Origin: Trichoplax sp. H2
Lineage: Eukaryota
DNA: 64,000 bases
Direction of reading: 5' to 3'
Assembly: GCA_003344405.1 (NCBI GenBank)
Contig: NOWV01000112.1
Location: 1-64,000 of the forward strand
The translations under genes and the position numbers were made by a program. The notes under the pieces were generated by a model that was given only the letters and a program-made list of their open reading frames with translations, was not told the DNA's origin and did no database searches. Of this stretch, positions 1-22,832 are shown in pieces (position 1 is the stretch's first letter; each line of letters opens with the position of its first letter).

Positions 1-430
1 GATAGTTAATTTACTGACTGCTATCTTAGCTTGGAGATCAATATGAGCGAGTGTAGCACCACTTAGCATATTAAAAATTTCACAAGTACCGTAATTTGAG
101 AAGAATTGGACAATGATACTGTACCATCGTAATGCTGTAAAATAAATTTTTAAGTATACAGTAATATACTATATTTTCTAAGATGGTGATTGTCTTTATA
201 TGTCTGTTCATGGGTACTTTACATTTGCCATTTGATATCCAATTAGTCATGTTGCATTTCTTATTTTGCTGAACTTTTATTGCTTCATTCATACACATTT
301 ATAAGGTGCTACAGTATCAAAAATCTATTTAGAAAAAGAGCATCATACATGATTTTTACTGCAATGTTTGCCTATGATTTCATGATGTAAAGAATAGTTC
401 ATGCTATTAAGTTATTTCTTTCGTCAATAG

Positions 431-2078
431 TTCAAGGCCATAGGGCATGTTTAGTTTTTGGGATCTTAAACGATAAACCTGTTATCTGTATGCAAGGGCG
501 ATTTCATAAGTATGAAGGTTATTCAACATCTAAGGTTAGAGTTTAATTATTTATACAGAAGTAACTGTAAAATATTAGACTTCAATTCACTCAAATTCTT
601 ACTGTACAGTATAACTAATAAATATGTTAATTTACGCATTTATATGTAGTACTATCTATCAAAGACATACTATATGAATGTACTATACTATATTGTGATT
701 ACTTAGTTATACATGCTATAGGCTTTAATTTCACAGTAAGAGTGATGGAGGGTTCGATATCTCAGAGGATTGAGATTTAGTCGCCATTTACAATTATTAC
801 AACAAAGGGTTTATAAAAGTTATGCTTTATTGTAGGTTAGTAATGTGAAGTACAGTGAGGTAGTTACGGTAGATCAGCGTGCAAGCTGTCGTGAGTAACG
901 AGTAGAAGTATTAGACTGTGAGAGACTAACTAGAAGACTAACTGAGAGGCTAATGAACTCTGAGGTAGAAATCGCCGGTATTTATAGTTTTAAAGATAGA
1001 GCACATGCAGAGAATAGGATTGTGGAATTAGATACAACATATACCATAACAGGTTACAAAATAGCAGATGATTGTAGAAAACAGCGAGTACCGTAATAAC
1101 TAAATACAGTAGTCTATATATGAATATAGAGTAAGCGGACTGTAGATCTGTCTAAATATAAGAGCAATACAGCATGTCTATATTTAAGAGTAGAATATAG
1201 TTACAGTATATTCTAAATACACTACAGTAAGTTATAAAGATAGCAGCTGATTCTTGAATTAGTTTGCAAAAACATGGATAAAAAGAATAGCAAGCACTTT
1301 AAACTGAGAAAAGATATTTTAAATACGTGATTAAGATACATAGTATACTATAGTTATACTATCATTTAAATGTAGTATTTGTTCTGCATATTTTGTTATA
1401 CTGTAGGTTGCATTACCTGCTAGGCTTATGTATCTACTTGGAGTTGAAATTATGATAGTGACTAATGCCGCCGGTGGTATTAATAGCGATTATGATCCAG
1501 GTAACATTATGATCATAAAAGATCACATCAATTTTCCTGGTATGGCAGGTGGTAGTGTTTTACGAGGGCCTAACGATGAAAGGTAAGACTAATAACTTAG
1601 ATAAATTTCACATTGAATATGAGGTTAGTTGCAGTTTAATATATACTTCGAACGAAGTTTATTTGATGCTTTACTGATGCGAACTAGATTTGGTCCACGT
1701 TTTCCAACTATGAATAATGTATATAATGACAAGCTGAGAGAACTAGTGAAAGTAGCTGCCAAAAATTGTGGAATATCTAATATCAGAGAGGGTGTATACT
1801 GCTTTCTAGGAGGGCCCAGCTTTGAGACGGTTGCTGAACTGCGCTTCTTAAAAGCAGCTGGTGTGGATGCTGTAGGAATGAGTACTGTACCCGAAGTTGT
1901 TGCTGCGGGACATTGTGGCTTGAAAGTGTGTGGTTTATCGTTAATTTCTAATAAAGCCATCATGGATTACGATACTGATGATAAGCCTAATCACGAAGAA
2001 GTTTTAGATACGGGAAAAACTAGCTGTGCTAACATACAGTCGTTAGTATCAGATCTTTTAAGACTTATAGAAGTGTAG
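431..2078 (+). CDS. PNP: Purine nucleoside phosphorylase, last three exons (5' part lies outside the window or upstream)
   Basis: GT-AG exons 431-534 (QGHRACLVFGILNDKPVICMQGRFHKYEGY), 1407-1582 (IVTNAAGGINSDYDPGNIMIIKDHINFPG) and 1688-2078 (FGPRFP..GGPSFETVAE..GVDAVGMSTVPEV..LSLISN..NHEEVL). These are hallmark motifs of trimeric PNP. Confidence 0.95.
741..1226 (-). mobile_element. Probable solo LTR (486 bp) in a PNP intron
   Basis: Flanked by a direct repeat GTAAG (736-740 and 1227-1231). The minus strand reads TGTAGTG...CATCACT (imperfect inverted termini), with TATAAATA (979-986) followed by AATAAA (826-831), the U3-R-U5 order. No ORF. Confidence 0.6.
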
Positions 2079-2957
2079 GCAAGATAACTATCGTATACAT
2101 CCAATCATAAGAGTGCAATAATTATCATAAAATATCGAAATTGGGCAGGAACTTGAATGGTTATATCACTAGATTGAAACAATTTGTTACGTTAGGAATA
2201 TTTTGTTTGATTTCTCATACTATACGTAAATAATAATTGTTTGCCGTTGTACCTCATAATCACATTGCTTTACTTAAACGTATAAATTTTAATTTAATTT
2301 AATCTACTAACTTGTTTCATGATCAACTTACTTATAAATAAAAGGTTACGATGACAACAGCAATGCAAATTGATGAGAATACGTCTATACTGCGACTCGT
2401 ATACGCGAGTATAATATAACGCGTTCTCGTAATATATTCTTGCGAATAAATCACAGTTCGCCTGTATCTGCTATTTTCTTAATCGAATCTTTTATTTTGA
2501 AAAGCCAGCATATCTATGAGAAAATTTGTTTTTGGTTTTCCTCATTTTCTTTAATGTTTATAAATTAATACTATATTATATTGCACCATCCATCTTTTGC
2601 CCTTTTTTTAATTTGATAATGAAATGGAACTGATAAGTAGTACAAGTGAGGCGTGGGTTACTGACTTTTGATTTGATAATATTAGTATTACTTATGCAGC
2701 ATTTGCGTAATATTGTACAATAGGATATCGAGTGCGAAAGTGCTTTTATGAGTACGTTTCTGTCGTGTTAGGATTTGCTATGATATTCGAGATATTGTGG
2801 GTGTATACCTATAGAGCTATAAGAAACCAGATTTGGATACCAGGGACTTTTACAGTAGTAGTCGGTTTATTTTACGGGCAAAGGCCGAAGTCTGCAGGCC
2901 AGTGTCTGCCATCTTCTGAATAAAATTGACAAATTCGTATTTATAACATACTCGTAT

Positions 2958-2987
2958 CAGGGACCTGTAAGATCTTACAAGTCCCTG
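2958..2987. repeat. 30-bp near-perfect palindrome CAGGGACCTGTAAGA/TCTTACAAGTCCCTG, possibly a collapsed hAT-like MITE
   Basis: 15-bp arms with one mismatch and no loop. CAGGG termini resemble hAT TIRs. Another CAGGGACTT lies at 2841. No clean 8-bp target-site duplication. Confidence 0.45.
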
Positions 2988-3624
2988 CTCATACGTACGT
3001 AAGCACTATTAGGATACTTTTAATCGCTAAGGCAATTAAAATATTGCAATTTGTCTATTTAAAATAGATCAAGAATAGTGGGCACTAGCTGATTTTACAG
3101 CTTGGCTGCGATATGTAAGAGTATAACTATATATAACATATACACCTGCATGCAAAGGATGGCGTATGCTATAGACAGATTGTGTTCCGAGTTTAGAACC
3201 AGCCATTTGTTCTTTATTTACAGCAGTCAAATATAAGATAGTACGAGCGTCTGTCTGCCCGCCAATTTCGTTCTAGAGTACGCTTTTAGCAGTAAAATAA
3301 CAGTACAGTAGTATTGACTTCCTTCGGTAGGACAGTTTCAACGAAGTGTACAAAACAATTTATGCAAAATAGCTAGAGCTAAGCTAGACCCCTACACCTG
3401 TCGATAGTTCGGTTTCGACGCAAATCTACTTGATGTTCTCTTTCTCCAAAAAGAATAAGAGGAGCGGACTGACGTACTGCGATACGCCTGCTATGGACTT
3501 AATGAAGCTACATGTTCTACTTCATCAGCCACCTTGGATATCAATCGCAATATCAGAAATTCCATTTCTTTTCTCGTTGTCTACAGCTGGCTTTTTAGAG
3601 GCAATCTTCATGTTGAAGCAATTT

Positions 3625-3637
3625 AAAAAAAAAAAAA
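3625..3637 (-). terminator. Pol III oligo(T) terminator of the 5S gene
   Basis: T13 on the minus strand, about 12 nt downstream of the predicted 5S 3' end. Confidence 0.7.
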
Positions 3638-3649
3638 TTTTGGATAGAG

Positions 3650-3769
3650 GTGCCTACGGCATGAGGTATTCCCAAGCGGTCACCCATCTAAGTACTAACC
3701 CCACTCGACGCTGCTTAACTTCCGTGATCAGACGAGAACGGGTGTATTCAACGTGATGTGGTCGTAGGC
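3650..3769 (-). rRNA. 5S ribosomal RNA gene (single copy in the window)
   Basis: Reverse complement reads GCCTACGACCACATCACGTTGAATACACCCGTTCTCGTCTGATCACGGAAGTTAAGCAGCGTCGAGTGGGGTTAGTACTTAGATGGGTGACCGCTTGGGAATACCTCATGCCGTAGGCA. It has metazoan 5S length, paired ends, and A-box and C-box elements. A TATA-like ATATAAATA lies about 25-30 nt upstream. Confidence 0.97.
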
Positions 3770-3898
3770 GACAGTAGAAGTTATAATTGTCTATTTATAT
3801 CATTAGTCGCATGCAGGTACGGTAATGTACTTCAGTTGTGTAATCCAATCTAGTGAATTCCCACTATTCAGAGAGTCTGCCATGGTCCTCGGGAGGCA

Positions 3899-4047
3899 AC
3901 TGTACATTGTACAATACAGTATGTACAGTACAGTCATTCACAGTACATAGTATTGTGAAATGGACATTACAATCCTCACAACTTACAGTACAGTACTGTA
4001 CAGTACACGACACTGTACGGTACAGTAATGTACTGTACTGTGACTGA
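3899..4047. repeat. Low-complexity TACAGT/ACTGTA-rich tract between the divergent 5S and EML genes
   Basis: Many interleaved tacagta, actgtac and cagtac words in both orientations. Confidence 0.6.
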
Positions 4048-4196
4048 CTCTAAAGCGCTTCGCGGGTTAATTAATTAACGGTCTTGTCAGCACCAATGAT
4101 TGATGAACTATGAGTAAAAGTGCTCCGACATTGCTCGCTGGGCTACAACATTATTGAACTTTAACTTGGAGATTTTGTATACCCAGCCATTATTGA

Positions 4197-16332
<12,136 letters not shown>

Positions 16333-18411
16333 ATGATGAAAAACTGATTTATCGTCTTGAATATTCTAGAAAATATTTACTTTTTCACCATCAAATAGCA
16401 GTATCATATCTAGCACTTACATTTGATATTTATCGATATTCGAACTGCTATTTTAAATGGAAGTAAATCCTATACACCAATTCAATTTTACAGGTTTGAT
16501 TATCGATCCAAGATATACTTTATAGTTCATATTGTAAAAATCGCCTTTAATATGCTATTACTCATTTTTCTAGTGATTCAGCTATTATTCTTTTGTAATA
16601 TTTCTAACAGATTTTCTATCTGTACAGCCAAGATTTATAACCTTCGATTAGAATACTGTCTTACAAGATAAGGGATATCATTTTATATCGTGTTGGTCAA
16701 TACGAAAGAGTTGATTGTTTGTAATTGACTCTCAATAATAAAATTTTACAGTTCTTATTTCTATTTTGCTTACAAATCGCTAAAGTAATTCCCAAAAATC
16801 GATGTTATGATAATGACAATTGAAGGTTTAAAACTGTATAAACATTTATACGCTTATGTTTCCAAGCAGGCAAAAAAGTCTTGTTTATTATCCGGTATTA
16901 AAAAAATCTACAATACAGCAGAGTTTTGCAAAAGGAGCATGCTACAGACAACCCGCACGAAAATATTATCAAGAAAGCTGGAGTGTCGGGTTGGGTCAAG
17001 CATCAAAATTTTTACGGAACTCTGCAATATAGGCAATGCATCATCAAAATGTTACATTACTTCAGAAGTGATGATAATGCACAAAGCAAAAATTGGTAAT
17101 CCTAACAGAGTTGTCATTATGAGACTGGTCTTCTCATGTCAACATTGATATAGACAAATCTAAACCTTTTATCATTTTTGATTTGTGCATAATTTGCGTA
17201 TTAAAATGCTAAAGGATAGATTCAATTGTCAACCTGTATCAAGTACGTTTGTGAAATGCAAATGAAGAATATAGTATAAAGTTAGGCTACAAGTAGAATA
17301 CTATGCAATCAAATAGTTAAAATTAAAATATTTGTTTTAGGTGACATTAATGAGGTTGTAATGATCACAGTAAATCATCGGTACTGATCATGATATACAG
17401 TATATTTCAACTAAGAAAATTGTTCACTTTAATTAAGGTTGGGAAATGACCCTTTAAAGTATCTTTATCATTACCATACACATTTTACATGGATTAATTG
17501 TTGATAGTAATGCATTTTGGGCTGACTACTCACCCTTGGAAAGCTTAAATAATTATCAATAACTTTCGGATCTCATTTTTATCATAATTACTGTAGTAAG
17601 TCTACAGCTTTTCTACAACATTTAATTTTTATCTATCGGCTGCTATTGGTGCTGCTTGCTATACAATTTACAGCCTATAATACAAGTATTAGGAATAATA
17701 CAGCACAATCAAGGAGATGGTTTAAACTTAAGCTATGTTTGAGCTATTAAAGGAATTGACCTTTAAACTCTATCTACGAGTCAAAAGCTAGCTATGATGT
17801 ATAGCAAATTACATTCATTGATCCTCAATTAATCTTAGTCTGTAGCTACGAATATAAAGTTAGCAGTAAATATACTGATAGAATAGTAAAATGTAATTTA
17901 TTAGCTCTTCTAAGGCTAGTATATCGTCAAATGATCTTGTACTTTAGAGTAATAATAATTACACAGGCTATCATAGACATTGAATAACCTATTCTTTAAT
18001 CGGCTTGTTGTCGATTGATCTTGTGCTCTATAAATTTTGTAGCTTTAGCTACGGTAGTTGGTAACAAATTCTGAATAGCAAATTATTGTAATCCAATTCT
18101 ATGATGACCAGAATGTTAGGAGTTGATCTCCTACTTTGTATAACTCACTGTTAGAACGGAGAATCATAATGAATATTCCATTTTGATGCTAATTTAATCT
18201 GCATTATGCTGCAATTTGGCTATGGACGTTATTCTACCTTTTTAAGGTTGATAATAACTGGTGTATGAAATTTTTAGGATTGAAGTAGTTAATTTAATCC
18301 ATTTACGATGTGTTAAAGTCTAAGTTTTGAATCTTAGAAGGATAAAATAGTATCTTTAAGAGTTAAAAATTCTTCTTTTATAAGGGTATGATCGCTTCAC
18401 GTTAACTTGTT

Positions 18412-20598
18412 CTAGCTATTTCTATCTTTTTCTTGACCGTTTTCGATGCTTAGTTCATTAATAATAAATTGCAATGGATCTTCAGGTCTTTTATGAATGA
18501 TTTCACAGGTTAATTGCTAGCAGCGGCAATATAAAAAGATAAAAATGAAAATTATCAACTGTAAATTAACAGATGGTTTACAGACTACCGATGATTGGAA
18601 GATTTTAATTATGTAATAATCAAATCAAAATTTAAATTTAAATGAAAAAAATTAGGTTAATAAAGATGCTAGAAGGAATGAATAGGTAAAAATTAAGCTT
18701 TCTTCTTCCTAGATTTCGAATTAATTTATAGTTGATGAAAGTCAACTTTAATAAATTAAACTTTATGTATCGTATAATACTATCGATAAATTGAAATCTA
18801 CACGGTTTATTTTTTCTTTTTACTTTCTCTAATATTGCAGATAGTTAAAGTTTATTTGTGGTCATTACGTTTACATCAATAAAAAATCCATAAAATCAAT
18901 ATTCCCTAATACCAGGCGATAATTGACCGTGAAGGAAGTGAGATAGCTATAATCACTATACTTTAAATATTATGGTTATAACGTATATATGATGATAAAG
19001 TGATATTATGTATAATTAAGTCAAGAAAAATTCAATTTGAGAACACTTTTAAAGCATGAATAACATAAGATTTCGACCCATACTTTTAGTTCATTTGCAA
19101 AATATGGCAAAAATATTGCAATTACGATGTTACGATATTTGAAAGTGTAACTATTTAGGCCGTACCAAAGTGATAATGTCAGAGATTAATAGACATTTCA
19201 TATGTTTACTTTATTAAATTGATTTAAATGATAAGATTTGCTTTTGTGAAAAGATGTTTTAAGCGTTGAGGAATAATAATGGCAAAGCATTTATAAGTTA
19301 CTACCAATTATAAATTTGATTACCTTAGTCTTATTGATTTTATAAATATTATTCAACGATAAAATTTACACAGCTGGAAATTTTTGTGCGGGTAGAAGAC
19401 ATTATTCAATCTGGATTCTTATATGCTATGACAGTTACTATTCCTTTTTTATTTTATAACAATTTTTGTTTAATGATAAATTAGCCAAAACTAGAAGCGT
19501 TGTAGAAAGCTATGGGGCAATATATATAGTAGAAGTAATAGATCCTTTCTGGTACCCCGTTGTGTTAATAAGACAACATTGTACTATGAATACTCGATCA
19601 AGCATAATTTCAATAACTTGTAACATATAAAATTATTGCTATATGTCGTTTTAAAATATATCATATTGTCAGCTATAACCATTTGTATGCTGACTTGGAG
19701 CATTTTCATTCACTGGAAATGAATTATATCGTTTGATCGAATGGCAAGCTATTTAAAAGCGCGTAATTAGTCCATGAAAAATTATTGCATTTAATTCGGT
19801 TGATAGGTTACGACATATCGTCATGATACTTGATAATCATAGCCTTAGATCAAATAAGTAAAAAATAGGTTAATTGAAAGGCTACTTTAAGATAATGAGA
19901 TTATGTAAGGTAAAAGTGCTGCTATGAGGAGTAGGTTTACATGAAATGATGATGGAAATAGCAGTCTTCGTTCTATCTATTTAATTGTAATGTAAACTTC
20001 TATGATAGAGATCTTTTACATTCGATGATCCAATCACGACGCCTTACATTAAATAGCAGAAGATCGGAAATAACATCTGATGAAAACCGTCATTATACTG
20101 TGATTCAATTAGATAATTTCGATTGAAATATAACGTATCATGCCGTTTATGGATGATCTCCTACGACATAAACGTGGATAAAATTAGGGTGAGTTGGCGT
20201 ATTCATTTAGGTATCATGTAAAAGACCGAGATTTCAGGTATTCTACTCAGTTAACGACATATATAACAACATGATAAAATAGTACAGTATTGCTTTTATA
20301 TATTCTTGCTATATTAATTTATTCAATCCAATCAACAGTATTGACTGCACAAAGTAGAAATTAAACTAGTATCGGCGCAAAAGAAGTCATGTTTTCACTT
20401 CATACTAACCTGTAACATATGGAGAATTTGATGTTTTTCCATATATTGAATGGCTTTATGATATGGGCTTTCGGTTATTTCGGTGATTTTCTTATTTTCA
20501 TCCTGTTGATCATGGTTCGCAGTTATTTCTTTCGTTACTGTAGTTGTCTTCATATCTGTTACCATCGACGATTCTGTTGACGATAATTTTGTTTCCAT
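18412..20598 (-). CDS. Small 97-aa TEX55/C3orf30-like protein with a C-terminal RIIa/Dpy-30-type dimerization-docking domain
   Basis: Exon 20598-20410 (METKLSS...SPYHKAIQYMEKHQILHMLQ, donor GTTAGT) splices in phase 0 to 18516-18412 (QLTCEIIHKRPEDPLQFIINELSIENGQEKDRNS*). The Y(M)EKH.IL...Q.LT..I....PEDPL.F pattern matches the TEX55 C-terminal domain as I recall it. Confidence 0.75.
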
Positions 20599-20722
20599 CG
20601 ATCTTCTACCTCTACTATTACATGCTCCAAAGATGGCTAGTAGTTATGATGATTGCTACAGTAGCAAAATAATGTTGATCAAGACGATAGTAGAAACAAT
20701 ACTAGCAGAGGTTGAGCCCGTC

Positions 20723-20736
20723 GTTGCTATGGAAAT
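20723..20736. promoter_or_regulatory. RFX X-box-like motif GTTGCTATGGAAAT
   Basis: Near match to the GTTGCCATGGCAAC consensus, about 125 bp upstream of the ATG of the TEX55-like gene. Confidence 0.5.
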
Positions 20737-22832
20737 CAAAGTGGCGAGTTAATTAGACTGACAATAGTAGCTAAGAGGATAACAATCATTATGCTGACTG
20801 ATTATTTCGTCTATATAGATGCTCATAAATCTCTATGAATTGACTCATTTTAACCTACATCTTGCTGTGTAGCTCAAGTAATTATGTTAATTCATAATAA
20901 AACTATAAATCAATTGTCATTTATAAAACATGGATCACTTACAAAGATTGCATGTAGTATCATGGATGAGAACTAGGTATTGCACTTGATTATACGCTAC
21001 TGGACTATCGGTGTAGTAAATAACGGTATTAGAATCTACACATATGTAATTAACGAGTAGTTGTGCAGTTATGGGATAACTAATTGCACATATATCCATA
21101 TATACGCCTATATTCATACACAATTAATACATAGTACTAGTGTAATACCATCGTATTTAGATACAGCACTGTAACCTAGCATGGTATTATGTAGATTACT
21201 ATATATTTAGAGATAGTATATACAAGACGTATATTCTTTATACAGCGAGGAATTGGATACAATGACTTAGATAGTACTTTAATACTTAAAGTAGCTCAAT
21301 AAAGTTGTGCTAATACATTGCAATTGGTTTGATCTTGATAATAAAATTTCAATCCTCTACCAGTATGAATTAATTATCATAAATCTAGTAAACATTAAGA
21401 TTACAGCATCATTGTACAGCTAAGAAAATACTTAATGTCAAAATTTTATGCTTTTTTGATCAAAGGGGTGAGCATAGCGCAATTTAATTTTTGCTATCGT
21501 ATAACATTTCAAGCTCAAAAGCTAAAAACTAGTTTTTCGGTGAGCTACTTTCACGTTATCACATTCTGTGACGTTAGTATAGTGTTAGAGATGTTTATAT
21601 CTGTAATCTCAGGTGATTTAGCTTGTAAGCACGACTGGATTATTTATTGTAATAAAGCTGCCATCTTACGTATCTATCTTGATATATAAGTGCAGCATAC
21701 AGTATATGTCAAAATTTCATCTTACCTTATTAAGAAAAAGAAACTAGTGCGATTGATTTTAGATGATCAATTTTGTACAATGCTCAATTCGTATATAATT
21801 ATAACTGACTAGAGTTTAATACCATTATAAAATATTTTCTTAAGCTCTAATATTAATTTGAATATAGTCTTACAAATTGAACTGATTGCTGTTGTTCTGT
21901 AAATTCCTCTGCGATGCAATAGTTCATTTTTATTTTCAAATGATATTACAAAGATTAATGGTATTTTTGATCTGCTACCAGCTGTGCACATTGTATTTAT
22001 AAAATTTGTTACTAACAGTAAGTACAGTATATTCGTATAGTATTTCAACGCTATATTATCTTCGAGACACCCTACTCGGGTATAGATTATTTTTGTTTTA
22101 TACGCGTACACTGCAGCTAACCGTGTTTATACAAATTTAGCTAGCTCTCAACTATGGTAAGCTAGACAGGCGATGCTATTGGTCGCTATCAAGTGCAGTG
22201 CTAGAATAGAAGGATATAATGCACATTCACTATAAATTTATAACCCATATCATTATTGCCAGTAATTTGGAATTATCATTGAAAAGGGACAAGCAGTTTT
22301 ATTTGTAATATACGCGTATTATTACAAATATAATTTTTTTCATGTTAGTACCAACAATGAAGAAGTATACAACAAAAATGACTTTGCCATATCAACGGTT
22401 ACTTAATTCTATATATATCAAATAAATGTTATCCATCCATTAATTACAAATAATAGACAGTATCGATTAGAAATTACACAAGCTGGAAATTTCTAATCAT
22501 GGTAGATGATTGATTGACATAAACTTAATTTTCTCTTTTAGGCTATTTGACGGTCAAACAATACGATGGAATATAGCAATTTTTATCTATGCATGACATG
22601 TTATGCCTTTGAGATACGACAGCAATGCAATAAACAATCAATTGCATCAGATTCTTTCTATTGATTCATTGGTTTTAAAATAGAAGCTTATTGCTGAGAT
22701 AAATTAAATAGGCAAATTTTCTCTTTGTTAAATTGATTTAGAAAAATCTTTTTAGCAATTATAGCCTTTTGCTTAGAAGATAGTACAAAAATGTAATTGT
22801 TTATTTGATGAGTTTACATCATCTTTAAGTAA

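Noticed and set aside
3430..3756. 108-aa ORF ending YSQAVTHLSTNPTRRCLTSVIRRERVYST
   Set aside because: Antisense translation of the 5S rRNA gene, a common spurious protein.
16423..17148. ORFs of 82 and 113 aa downstream of EML
   Set aside because: AT-rich 3'/intergenic composition, no motifs and no splice structure.
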